Origin: Chiloscyllium plagiosum
Lineage: Eukaryota
Assembly: GCF_004010195.1 (NCBI RefSeq)
Contig: NC_057719.1
Location: forward strand, 86,040,056 to 86,104,055
Reading direction: 5' to 3'
DNA: 64,000 bases
Shown here: piece after piece, positions 12,130 through 25,400 of the stretch
Numbering within the stretch: the first letter of the stretch is position 1
Layout: each line of letters opens with the position of its first letter
Position numbers and translations under genes: made by a program
Notes under the pieces: generated by a model
What the model was told of the DNA's origin: nothing
The model's database searches: none
The model's input: only the letters and a program-made list of their open reading frames with translations

Positions 12130-14930
12130 CAGAATAAATGTGTATTCATGTAAATGCATTGAGCATAGTAAGTAAGGTCGGGGAGTTACAGATACAGATT
12201 GCAATGTGAAATGCTGATACTGCGTCAGTTATGGTGACCTGGCTCAAGGAAGGACAAGACTGGGCATTGAAGAGAATCAGGAAAAATAGGGAAGGAAGAG
12301 GAACAGCAGTAATGGTTCAGGAGAACATTGCATTGCTGGAGAAGAAAGATGCTTCAGAGGGATGAAGGACAGAGTTAATTTTAGATTAGATTAGATTAGA
12401 TTAGATTACAGTGTGGAAACAGGCCCTTCGGCCCAACAAGTCCACACCGACCCGCCGAAGCGTAACCCACCCATACCCCTACATTTACCCCTTACCTAAC
12501 ACTACAGGCAATTTAGCATAGCCAATTCACCTGACTTGCACATCTTTGGACTGTGGGAGGAAACCGGAGCACCCGGAGGAAACCCACGCAGACACGGGGA
12601 GAATGTGCAAACTCCACACAGTCAGTCGCCTGAGGCGGGAATTAAACCCGGGTCTCTGGCGCTGTGAGGCAGCAGTGCTAACCACTGTGCCACCGTGCCG
12701 CCCACAAACTGTGCCACCGTGCCGCCCACAATTTGTCCAGAGCTATGGAATAAAATGGGTACAATTACATTGCTTAGTGTGGTCTATACAACACTAACTA
12801 TGGAAAGGATGTAGAGGAACAAATCTGCAGGGACATTACAGAGAAATGCCAACATTAAAGAGTAGCTATAATGGAGGGCTTCAACTACCCAAATATGGAC
12901 TGAGGTGCTGATAGTGCAAATGGCAGAAATGGGCAAGTGTTTCTAGGTTGTGTTCAGGAGCGTTTCCTAGCACAGTATGTGTCCAGTCCAACAAGAAAGG
13001 ATGTATTATTGGATCTGATTCTTGGAAATTAAGTGATCATTGTATTATAGGTTCAGGATAATGGTGGAGAATGATATGCAACAATCTGGAGTAAGAACAA
13101 TCAATTAGCGGAGAGCTGACATTAATGGAGTAAGATTAAAGTTGAATAGGATCGATTGGAATAAGAGGTAGGCAGGAAAAACAGCAACTGAACAATGGGT
13201 TACCTTCACATACCATATGTTTTAGGTATAGTTGAGATATATTCCCTTTAATGGAAAAGATAGGACAAACAAATCCAGAGCTCACTGGATGACAAAGGAA
13301 GCAGAAATTAACACTAGAAAGAAATAGTGTGCATATGACAGACGTAAGACAGGAAATTCAATTGAGAGCCAACAGGAATTCTGAAGGTGTGAGGGAAGGC
13401 GAAAAAGCAAATAAGAGAAACAGAGATAATGTATAAGAACAGACTAGCAACTGAAAAAAAAAGGTAAGTCCTGAAGTCTTCTATAGTCATACGAACAGTT
13501 ACAGACTGGTTAAAGGAGGACTACAGCCAATCAGAAGAAATGGGATTTTCACATGGAAGCAGAGGCTGTATCTCAAGTGTTAAGTGAATGCTTTGTGCCT
13601 ATCTTCACAGAAGAGGATGCTGCCCAGGCCATGATGACAGAAGAAGAAACTCTTACTAGAAGAGATAAAATTAATAAAGAAAGGTACTTAAAGTTGACAA
13701 GGCAATGGGACCAGATGAGATATATCTAAGAATTTAGAAGGAAGTGAGAGTAGAAATTGTGGGGACACTGACCATAACCTTTCAGCTTTCCTCGGCTCAG
13801 GGAAGGTGCCGAAAGACTAGATGATTGCAAACATTACAGCCTTGTTCAAGAAAAACTGTAACAATTACAATTACAACAATTACAATTACAGCAATTACAG
13901 ACTGGTTAGTTTAACTAAAGTGGTAGGGAAAACCTCCAGAAATAATTATTCAGTAATCACATGGAAAAAGGTGGGTTGAATAGGAAAAATCAGTACAGGC
14001 TTCTAAAGGGGAAATTGTGTTTAATTAACTTGCTGGAATTTTTTGAAGAGGTAACATAAAGGATCGATGAGAGTAACGCTGTTAATGTGACATACATAGA
14101 CTTCCAGAAGTTTTGATATGGTGTCACACAACAGGCTTGTGAGGAACATCGTAGGTCATAGTATAAAACAGACAGTAGCAAAATGGATACAAAATTGAGT
14201 GATTGATAGGAAACACAGAGTAAAAGTCAATGGGTATTTTTCAGATTGGAGGAAAGTTTATAGTAGAGTTCCTCAGTTCCTTGTATTGCCATATATATGA
14301 TCTGAATCATGGTATACATAGGACATTTGCAAAGTTTGTATATGGCATTTGAACAAATTGTAAGCTGTGAGGAGAACAATGTATGAAACCCCCCAAAAAA
14401 TTGACAAAATTATGGAGTGGGTAGATAGGTGGCAGATAAGGTTCAATGTAGAGAAATATCATATGATGCACTTTGGTGAGAAGAACATTAAAAGACAATA
14501 TAAAATACAATTCTAAAGGGGGTGATGGACCAAGGGGCCTAGGTATATATGTACACAGATCATTGAAGATGGCAGGACAGGTAGAGAGCACTTCATAAAG
14601 TATACAGAGGTCCCAATTTTATTAATAGGGGCATAGAATACAAGAGCAAGGAGATGATGCTGACTTGTGCAAGGTACTTGTTAGACATCAGAGGGTGTAC
14701 TGTGTACAGTTCTGGCCACCACATTATGGGAAAGATGAGAATGCACTGGAAAGAATACAGAAGTAATTTATAAGAATGGTTCCAGGATTGAGAAATTTCT
14801 GTTATGAGAATTGATTGAAGAAGTTGGGATTGTTCTCCTTGGACAGAAATAGGCTAAAATATTACAATCTAAATTTTCAAAATCATGATTGGGTTGGATA
14901 GGTAGATAGAGAGAAGCTGTTCCTGGCTGC
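12130..14930 (+). mobile_element. Old CR1-like LINE ORF2 (endonuclease + RT), decayed, with SINE insertion
   Basis: TWL and GFNYP endonuclease remnants, CLINLLEFFEE, KFV, FW.PHY motifs. Confidence 0.85.
12381..12731 (-). mobile_element. HE1-type V-SINE (young), with 24-bp head duplication
   Basis: tRNA-like head with A/B boxes, V-domain (tgtgtggagtttgcac..gggtttcctccgggtgctccggtttcctcccac), LINE-like tail, (TAATC)n. Confidence 0.92.
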
Positions 14931-15234
14931 AAAAGAATGAGTTAACCTGAAAAGGTAGTGGGCCTTCTTCTTGAACTACTAAGCAGGTGTACAAAGTTGG
15001 GCCACTCACAGTATCAGTTCAGAGAATAGTTTGGTGCGGGGCTATCATTATTTGCAATCCACTGTCAGTACTAACCTCGCTGAACCTGATCCTGTAATAG
15101 GCACATATTGGGGGTAAAGTAGAAGGGCGAAATTGTTGATTATTTGTCTGCTGGATAATAAATGTACATAGAAGCTTGCAAATAATTTAGTTAATGCTCC
15201 CTCAAGCATTCTCGAGTATCTAGTTATTCAGCTG

Positions 15235-15990
15235 CAGAGTCATAAAACACAGAAACAGACCTTCCGGTCTAACCAGTCCATGCTGACCATGTTCCCAAAC
15301 AAAACTAGTGCCACTTGCCTTCATTTGGCCCATATCCATCCAAGCTTTTCCTATTCATGTACTTATCCAAATACCTTTTAAATGTTGTAACTCTACCTGC
15401 ACCCACCTTATCTGGCAGTTCATTGTAAAAAAGTTGCTCCTTTTTAAGTTTCTCATCTCTCACCTTAAAACATGCCCCCTAGTATTGAACTCCCCATCCT
15501 AGAGAAAAGACCTTCATCATTCACCTTATCTATGCTCTCATGATTTTGTAAACCTCAATAAGGTTACCCCTCAATCTCCTATGCTCCAGTGAAAGATGTC
15601 CCAGCCTTTCCTGTCTATTTTTATATCTCAAACCCTCCATTCCTGGCAACATCCTGGTAAATATTTACTGAACCCTCTCTGGTTTAATATCTTCCTGTAA
15701 CAGAGTGACAGAATGGTACCCAATAGTCTAGGAGAGGCCTCACCAAAGTCCTAACACCTTTACTCTGAACAATGACAGCAAGCATGCCTTTTTAACCATC
15801 CTGTCTACCTGTGATGCAAATTTCAAAGAATTATGTACCTGAACCCCATGACACTCTACTTCTACAACACTACTCAGGGCCCCATCATTAATTGTATAAC
15901 CCTATCCTTATTTTTATTACCAAAATGCAATGCATCACATTTATCCAAATTAAACTCCGTCTGCCACTCTTCAGTCCATTGATCCAATTG
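15235..15990 (-). mobile_element. CR1-like LINE 3' part
   Basis: Antisense homology to 9900-10510. Confidence 0.85.
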
Positions 15991-16207
15991 ATAAAATTAG
16001 ATAACCTTCTTTCCATGTTTATCTTTCAAACACTATTGATGAAGCAGTGCCAACTGAATGAAACTGTGGACGTCATTTCCCTTCTCTGGGATACTGAAAC
16101 CAGTGACAGTCACAAACCAAACAGTGAAGATGGAATCTTCTACTCAATGTTAACCAGGCAATGTGTCTACCTACCAGATCACTGGAAAAATAGGCTAGAG
16201 TGGGGGT

Positions 16208-16213
16208 TTTATT
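16208..16213 (-). promoter_or_regulatory. Candidate polyadenylation signal (AATAAA) of capn3
   Basis: tttatt on + strand, the first AATAAA I see after the stop, about 245 nt downstream. Confidence 0.5.
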
Positions 16214-16456
16214 GTAAAATCATACAAGAGAGATAAAGAAAACTTGTATTCTCATCCTAGCAAAGATTCACAAAGTTGCAGTAAGACATGCTGATCTAAC
16301 AATAAATAACAGGCTAGTTTCCACCCAGATTCCTGAAGCATCATTGAATGTCATCAGGTATAGAAGAGACTGGCTTTGCATATTCTACTGTTGAGGTTTC
16401 GGTGTTGAGCTTGAGGTAATAGCCAGGCATGTAAGCCACCAGACGTCCTGAGACGT

Positions 16457-16483
16457 TTAAGCATATAAGGTGAGTTGCAGCCA
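16457..16483 (-). CDS. capn3: capn3 exon 24 coding part, WLQLTLYA*
   Basis: ccttatttccacag|TGG CTG CAA CTC ACC TTA TAT GCT TAA; human ends WLQLTMYA*. Confidence 0.95.
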   Translation of the reverse strand, partial: WLQLTLYA

Positions 16484-19400
16484 CTGTGGAAATAAGGACA
16501 GAATAAACATTAATCCCAGCTGTATGGAATGCAGAGTGCTCAACTGAAAACAACACATAAGAATATGAGGAAAGGCAGAGAAGAACACTTCATTTGCACC
16601 ATCCAACCTTCACCCTGCAATGAAAAATATTCAATATACCAAAACCATTAAGTAGAGCTTTCTAAGATGTATCTCATGGTAAAATAACAAATCAAAGAAG
16701 ATAACTAATCAGTTAATCCATCAGAAAGATTCACCAAAACATTTTTAATGGAGTTTCTTCTTAACATTCAAAGAATCAGTACCCCTTATCCTAATCCATT
16801 TAAATCAACCCCGTTAAGTAGCCAGTCACATTTCACAACCCTCGCACCAGCAGCAGTGTGAACTATTTGACACACTAAGGAGAGAAATTTTAACAACCCG
16901 CACTATCAGTTGGATTCCCACCCACTACACTGATTTCAATACAGAATGACACCTGCAGACTAAGGCTGAGTCACCACCTCCCTAATGTTAAAACTGACAT
17001 GCCAGAATAACAGTACTAATTGCGACACGGTGGCTCAGTGATTAGTACTGCTACCTCATAGCGGTAGGGGCCTAGGTTCGATTCCAGCCTTGGGCAACTG
17101 TGTGGAGTTTGCACATTCTCCCATGTCTGGATGGGTTTCCTCCAGGTGATCCAGTTTCCTCCCACAGTCCAAAGATGTGCAGATTAGGTGGATTGGCTAT
17201 ACTGAAATTGTCCGTAGTGTTCAGAGATTTATAGGCTAGATGGATCAGCTGTACTAAATGTGGGGTTATGGGATACGGTAGGAATCTGGCTCTTCAGAGG
17301 GTTGGTGCAGACTTGATGGGCTGAACAACCTCCTTCCTCACAGTAGGATTACATTACATTACATTACTTTACAGTGTGGAAACAGGCCCTTCGGCCCAAC
17401 AAGTCCACACCGACCCGCCGAAGCGCAAACCACCCATACCCCTACATTTACCCCTTACCTAACACTACGGACAATTTAGCATGGCCAATTCACCTGACCT
17501 GCACATCTTTGTGACTGTGGGAGGAAACCGGAGCACCCAGAGGAAACCCACGCAGACACGGGGAGAATGTGCCTGAGGCGGGAATTGAACCCGGGTCTCT
17601 GGCGCTGTGAGGCAGCAGTGCTAACCACTGTGCCACCGTGCCGCCCATAGGGTTCTATGATTCCATGATTCTAATAGATAAGGGGAACTGGTGAAAGAGA
17701 TCTGCAAAATTCATGCTGTTCCCAGACATGGATTGTATGTGCAATGGGCTTCAGTGCTGCTGTGATCATAAGTTAATGAGAAATAGGAGCAGCTGTTAGT
17801 TATTCAGCCCTTTGGGCCTGCACTGCCATTCAAAAATACATGAGGGGTTTGATTATCATCATAACTGCTATTTCCTGCAAGTCCCCCATAACACTGGAAT
17901 CCATGGTTGACCAATAATCTTTCTAGCTCAGCACTGAATAGCATAAATGATCCAATCTTCTTGCTCTTTGAGGAACAGAAGTCCAAATGCCAACCATCCT
18001 CTGACAGAAGAAATTTATTCTCATCATCTTAAATGGGAAATGTCTTATTTTGAAACTGCATTCGTAACTCTACATTTCCCCTTGTAGAGAAACCTTGTCC
18101 CAGGACTTACCCAGCCAACCCCTCTCAGAATTGTATATATTTTAATAAGATTAGCTCTCATTCTTCTTAATGCCAATGTATATGGATCCAACCTACTAAC
18201 CTTAGCCTTTTCATCACAAAACAGCCCTTTTATTTGAGGGATGCAGTGAACCCTCTCTGAACTGCTTCTAATGCAACTACATTGCTCCTCAAATAAGCAC
18301 ACCAAAATGGCACATAACACTATAGGTGTGGTCTCGCTGTACTGTGCAACTGTAGGAAGGTTTCCTTACTTTTATATTCTATCCTCCTTATAATGAAGGC
18401 CAAAACTGCATTTCCTAATTACTTGCTGTGTCTGCATATTGGCATTTTGTGATTCATGTATGCAAATATATGAATCCTTCGGTATATATCATTTTGCATT
18501 CTCTTCTCATTTTAAAAAATTCTGTTTTCTAATCCTCCTGCCAAAGTAGACAACTTCACATTTATCTATATCCCTTTGCAATCACTTTATATCCTCTTCA
18601 CAATTCTCCTACTTATCTTTGCATTGTCAGCAAATGTTATTGTGATAAGATTCAAGCCTACATTCATGACATTCATATAAACTGTAAGTAGTCATTATAT
18701 TTTGTGCACCTGAAAATGATCCACTTGTCTTGAGTGCCCATTTCCTATTGGTTATCCTTCATCCATGCTGATATATCACCCCAATACTGTGAGCCTCCAG
18801 CTTCTGCAGTAACCTCTTGTGTGACCCCTTACTGAATACCTTTGGGAAACCCAAATACACTCCATACACTGGTTTCCCCTTAATCCACCTTATAATGTCC
18901 CTCTCACAAAACCACAGTGATGCAGCCTGATTGTATTATGATATTCTAATTGTCCTGCTGTTCCACCCTTATTAATGAATTCTAGCATTTTGCCAATGAT
19001 AGATATTAGGCTAATGAGCTTTAGTTTGTTGTTTACTATTCCCTCCTTTCTTAAATAGTGTTCCAACCAGCTAGGACTTTTCCAGAACATGGGGAATTTT
19101 GAATGATTATAAAAAATGCAGCTACTGTCTCTGCAGCCATGTAGTTACAAACACTAAAATGCAAATCACCAGGTCCAAGGGCTTTGTCAGCCTTTAATCC
19201 CATTAGTTAGCCAATCAGGTTTGCTCTAGTAATTGTGTTTATTTCCCTTTTCCCACTTTATTTTCTACTAATTTTAGAATGTTTCTCGTATCTTCTACTG
19301 TGAAGCCAGATACAAATATTTATTTCAAGTTTCACAAGAATTTGTGCTAAGAACTGTCCCAAATGAGGTGTTCCTTCAGGCACTTCTTTGCAAATTGATT

Positions 19401-22400
19401 TATCCAATCATGAAAAGTAAAATTGCCCATCAGCATGACAATTCCTTCTTCCAAGCCCTATTATTTCTTGAATCATACTTTGCCCTAGAGTATAATTGTT
19501 GTCAGGATAAGCTACTTTCATCCATTACTTTTGTCCTTCACTATTTCTTCTATCCACCGAAACTGATTGTACATTGTGATAGAGACAGTTCTTCTGTAAC
19601 ATGATGATTGCGTTGTTGTGCAATCCTGCATAACAGAAAAGTCTTGCTTTAGAAAGAGCACTTAAAGTGTTGACAATGTAATCGTGTTACAGCCAACACG
19701 TTTTAAAAGTTTGCACTTTAAAACAATGTCCCCAATTCATCATCACAATACAGCAAATTTGAGTTAACGAAACGCATGTTATAGCGGACGACCTGTACTC
19801 CAAACCAAAGTCATTGCTCTCTGCTGTACTCGTTAATAGGCTTACTCCACCATGATGATGCTGTCACTTTAAAAAGATTATTTTGTCCTTTTTTTTGAAG
19901 AGGTCATAAAGGCAGAGGTGCCAAGGAGTAGCGGGAGTTTAACAGTTTAACAATGGAAGGAGAGTGGCCAGTTCTCCCACTTCAGTTTTTCTCTAGATTT
20001 TTTTTAGCTGCAGCAGTCACAAGATATTAGAGTCCAGAAATGTTGCAAGCTTTAGTACATGATTCCTCTAAAATCTCTCTCTGGGTGTTGTTCCCTTCTG
20101 CCTTTAAGAATCTGTGTTTGAATTTAAATTTTTGGCAAGGGGTGTGTTTATGGAATGTTACTATATTGGAATAGTTAATTAGTTAAGTTGCTCTAAATTC
20201 TGCTTTATTTTGTTCGTGTTTCAACGGTAGTGTTTAAATAAATTCTGTTTTGCTTAAAGTCAAGTGGTTTGACCAGTTGCATCACACCTAAAATACCCAC
20301 TTCACGTCTGTCTTTAAAATAAGATAAAAATAAAGTGTATGCTCAAAATTATTTTGAGGGGGTTCTGGCCTGGTCCATAACTTCAATCTTTGCTGTCCTT
20401 CCAAAACGTCAAATTCTCTTAAATATTCAAGTATCAGCCATTGTCAGTTTGCAAACATGGCAATATCATACTACTTGCAGGTGTCATCCACACACCATAT
20501 AATTATGAAAGGGAAATGAAGGCAGTGCATAATATCTTAAAAATCTTGAAAAATGAATATCCAAGGATGCATAGGTCAGGATTTAAAATGCCCTAGAAAG
20601 CCACAGTATCTTTGTGTCTTTGGTGACTTGATAGAGAAATATACTTGTCATCCGAGTTGCACCTACCTCCAGAACACTGAGTTTAATGATTCCATCTCCA
20701 TCTTTATCAAAGGCATGAAAGGCTCCTGAAGAACAAAAAGGAGTCAATGAACACATACAAACATATAAATGAGGAAGAACTGTTGGCAACATGGCCCTTC
20801 TTGCTGGTTTCACCATTTGATAAGATTATGGTTTTAACCTCAACTCTACATTTCTGTACATCCCCTTGATAATCTGTCATCCTATTAGCAATCAAGATTC
20901 TATCTACCTCTGCCTTCAAAATATTTAAAGATTCTGTATCCAGAGAAACCTTTCACGAGAAAAAATGCTTCCTCATTTCTGATTTAAATGGTCAACCCCT
21001 TATTTTTATACTATGACACTTAGCTCTAGATTCTCCCACAAGACGAAACAACCTTTCAATATCCTCCCAGTTATATCCCCTCAGGATCTTATATGTTTCA
21101 ATTCAGTCACTTCTGACTCTTGTAAATTCCAGAGGATACAGGCATAGACCGACTAGTTTTTTCTCACAAGGTAATCCACTCATTCCAGGTATTAGTGTAG
21201 TAATATTCTCTGAACTGCTTTGAATGCATTAATGTCCTTCTGTAAGTATGATGGGACAGTACTCTAGTTGCGGTCTCACCAATGACCTCTATAAATAAAG
21301 CATAACCTTCATACTCTTGCATTCAATTCCCCTCGCAATAAACCATAACATTCTATTAATGATTCATATACTAATGAATCCAGATCTTTCTGCATCTTAC
21401 ACAACACCAGGTTATAGTCCAACAGGTTTATTTGGAAGCACTAGCTTTCAGAGCGCTGCTCCTTCATCAGATGGTTGTGGAAAATAAGATTGTAAGACAC
21501 AGAATTTATAGCAGAAGTTTACAGTGTTATGTAATTATATATTGAAAAAGACTTGGATTGTTTGTTAAGTTTCTCATCTTATACATATGAAAGAATTGAA
21601 ACCAACTAAAAGGTGAGAGACTTAACAAACGATTCAGGTCTTTTGCAATATATAATTTCAGTTACATCCACTGTAAACTTCTGCTATAAATTCTGTGTCT
21701 TACAATCTTATTTTCCACAACCATCTGATGAAGGAGCAGCGCTCCGAAAGCTAGTGCTTCCAAATAAACCTGTTGGACTATAACCTGGTGTTGTGTGATT
21801 TTTAACTTTGTACACCCCAGTCCAACACCGGCGTCTCCAAATCATTTCTGCATCTCAGAACTCTGCAACTTCCCACCATTTAGATTATATTGTGCTTTTT
21901 TAATTTTTCTGTCAAAATGAATAATTTCATACTTTCCAACATTGTACTCCATTTGCCAGATCTTTGTCCACTCACTTAACCTATCTACATCCCTTTTGTA
22001 GACTCCTTATATTATCTTCAAAACTCAGCTACCTATATTTGTGTCATTAGTTTATTTAGCTAGCATACTTTTGATTCCTTCATTCAAATCATAAATAAAG
22101 ACAGTGCCTTTTCTTAAGAAACAACATAAGACATAAACTGATTTTAACATTGGCTAAGCCCAATAATTTTGAGAATGCAGTGTTAAACATCAAAGTTTAA
22201 AATATTGATTAGTCAGAGTTCTGTCATATGCTTTTCTGGTCAGATTTATTTAGCTCACGCACCACCAACACTACTGTTTCCCCTACGGTCAAGTTCTCGC
22301 CAATTTACTTTTAAGTAACATGTAACTATCAGATATTCTCTACTTCCACTTAGCCTCAAGCATCTCTTACAGACCCTATTTGATAATATCACAAAGTAAT

Positions 22401-25400
22401 AATCCAGACGCTAAAAAGGGAACCAATCTTGGCCTTTATGTTTTAGAACCAGGAGAAAGTGAGGTCTGTAGATGCTGGAGATCAGAGCTGGAAATGTGTT
22501 GCTGGAAAATCGCAGCAGGTCAGGCAGCATCCATGGGACAGGAGAATCGACGTTTCGGGCATAAGCCCTTCTTCAGGAATGAGGAAAGTTTGTCCAGCAG
22601 GCTAAGATAAAAGGTAGGGAGGAGGGACTTGGGGGAGGGGCGTCGGAAATGTGATAGGTGGAAAGAGGTCAAGGTGAGGGTGATGACCGTCCATAACCTC
22701 ATCACCTCGGGGGATCTCCCATCCACCGCCTCNNNNNNNNNNNNNNNNNNNNNNNNNNNNNNNNNNNNNNNNNNNNNNNNNNNNNNNNNNNNNNNNNNNN
22801 NNNNNNNNNNNNNNNNNNNNNNNNNNNNNNNNNNNNNNNNNNNNNNNNNNNNNNNNNNNNNNNNNNNNNNNNNNNNNNNNNNNNNNNNNNNNNNNNNNNN
22901 NNNNNNNNNNNNNNNNNNNNNNNNNNNNNNNNNNNNNNNNNNNNNNNNNNNNNNNNNATCTTCTTCCCGACCTCTCCGCCCCCACCCCAGTCTGACCTAT
23001 CACCCTCACTTTGACCTCTTTCCACCTATCACATTTCTGACGCCCCTCCCCCAAGTCCCTCCTCCCTACCTTTTATCTTAGCCTGCTGGACAAACTTTCC
23101 TCATTCCTGAAGAAGGGCTTATGCCCGAAACGTCGATTCTCCTGTTCCCTGGATGCTGCCTGACCTGCTGCGCTTTTCCAGCAACACATTTCCAGCTGTT
23201 TTAGAACCAGACCCATATAGACATCATTCAAATATTTGAAAGATGTAAAAAGATCTTCTCTTTGAATGTATAACAGATATAACTTCTGTTCCTTGTCTAA
23301 TTTGCTCCTCTGACTCCTAATGGAATACGGTTCTCTCAGTGCAAGTTGCCACTACCTCACCCATGTGTAAGCCTAGCCAGTTGTGCGTTGATAGCTGTTC
23401 CTTTATTGAGCACTGAAAGAAGTCATCACAACCAAATCCTAATCTGTCCTCATCCAGGAAACATGATAATGGGACCATGGGGTCATGGTGGGCAAACTGT
23501 TTGTTTGGAGGATAAACACAAACATGGACTCATTGGTCAAGCAGCCTGCTTTGGGTGTTGTAATTTATTTAATCCTACAGTTTTCGAATTGGAATCTGCT
23601 AACTCAGTAGAGATCAAGAATCAACATTGTGCCTCATTCATTTTATGGCTCAGTTCCACATGTATCAGTTCAATGAGGACTACAGAATCAGTTAATGCAG
23701 GGTAGTTTCAAATGTCACATTGTTCATCGCCACCTCACTACTTTACCCATTGCTCTCTGGGTCATATGCCAATCCCTAGCTGAAAAGGTCAAACGTGTTG
23801 ACTCTGAGCTCTTGCTGGCATCATTCAGAATCATGAGAAATGTGACTGCCCAAAGACTGACTTTTCTACGTCTCTACTCATCGTTACCCAAAAATATGTA
23901 ACCAATGTGAAAAATTATTCTCTGATGGCTTTGTAATGTGTACATGGTTAGTGACTAAACCTGAAGCCTGAAATATAACCCGGAAGGATGTTCCATGTGA
24001 GGAGCTGTTTAGAAGTGGGAAAACCAGAAGATCGAATTCTGGAGCAGGTCCTAGTATTCTTTTGTATCCTGTTCACAGGCAGCTTGATTGATGGGATAAA
24101 GGCCTATAAGAAAAAAGATAATCTGCAGCAAAAAAGCAAACAAAGAATGCAATGTGTCCAGCAGGGGGACAATACAAGAAATCATAGAGGGGCAGGGAAT
24201 ACTGATGACAGGGTTATTCTAATTGCTAGGTAACCTTAGATATGGTAAGGCCTGAGTTGGGTTGATTGGTAGTCAGGGAGATGCAACTGCTGGTCAGGGG
24301 ATTTGGATTGAAGCAGGAGAGAGAGCGATGGTGGTTGGGTGGTGCAGGTGGTTGAGGATGGGACAAGTAATAGTTAGGAATATGAAATGTTGGGTGGAGA
24401 GAAGCACACAGATCATGAAGGTGTGGCTGCCTGGATAGTTTGTTGGCCTTGATGAACGGTCGAGGAATGTCACCATGAATATATGGGGGAGGCGGCGGGG
24501 TGGTGGGGGAATGATTAGAAATGATGGCAATCTCAACACCAGGAACAATATGAGGAGGTCACCAGGAAAGGTGGGGATAATCGATAACAAATGATGGAAT
24601 ATCATTAGGAATATTAGGGGAACTCACAGAACAAAGTGGAGCTAAATTGGGGGATCACTGAATAATGCAACCATATTTATAAATAAAATTTCCGGTTTGC
24701 TATATTTCCTGGACCTTGAGAGAAGGGGCTTCAGTCTACCTATGTGGTGCTGATTATAAATCCAGATCACAAAAGTGTTCAACCCAGTGCACCACATAGA
24801 CAGCAAAGATTCCTTATAACAGAGGAAAATTCATTCCGGATAGTGTTGCACTTACTAAACATTCCCTCCAGTCTCACAAGACAACAGATAAAGCTGTCAA
24901 AGTCCAGATTCATATCTTCATTGGCATAGCGCATGGAGATGATCTCATAAAGTTGGTTGTTCAGGTGGAAACCTGAAGAACAAGACAGAAAAAAACGTAC
25001 TAAATTCTCAGGTAGGTCTTACCAAACACTTCCCTCCAGTTTCAGAAAACTGGACTAGCCATGTAAACACTGTGACAACAAGAGTCGGTCAGAGACTGAG
25101 AATCCAGACAGCCTTTCCACATCTACAAGGCAGCAAGGAATCCAGTGATGGAATACTCATCACTTGATGAGTTCAGCTCTAATAGAACTCAATAACCTTG
25201 ACAGCATCCAAGATAAAATAATTTCTTGATCAGCACCAACATCGTAAATATTTATGTCCATCACCTCGAGTACACAGTGGCAGCAATGTATACCGCATGC
25301 AAAATCCACTGCAGCAACTCCTCAAGCCTCCTTTAATAGGACATTCTAAATGTGTGATCTTCATCATCCAGAAGGTCAAGGACAGCAGATGCAAGGAAAC

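Larger units (their letters stand above)
20780..22090 (-). mobile_element. Old CR1-like LINE 3' part, interrupted by a PLE
   Basis: KAEVDRIL C-terminal motif and RT-downstream remnants. Confidence 0.78.
22452..23197. mobile_element. Young inverted (palindromic) Penelope-like element; assembly gap at centre (22733-22957)
   Basis: Inverted arms of about 200 bp; 14-bp direct repeat tgttttagaaccag at 22439-22452 and 23197-23210. Confidence 0.88.

Noticed and set aside
12546-12797. Recurrent peptides [18 protein letters not shown] / [10 protein letters not shown] (also at 29.3, 39.1, 41.4 and 53.6 kb)
   Set aside because: Translations of the HE1 SINE V-domain.
22602-23081. 150-aa ORFs on both strands with mirror-image peptides
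   Set aside because: Artefact of the inverted repeat plus an N gap.
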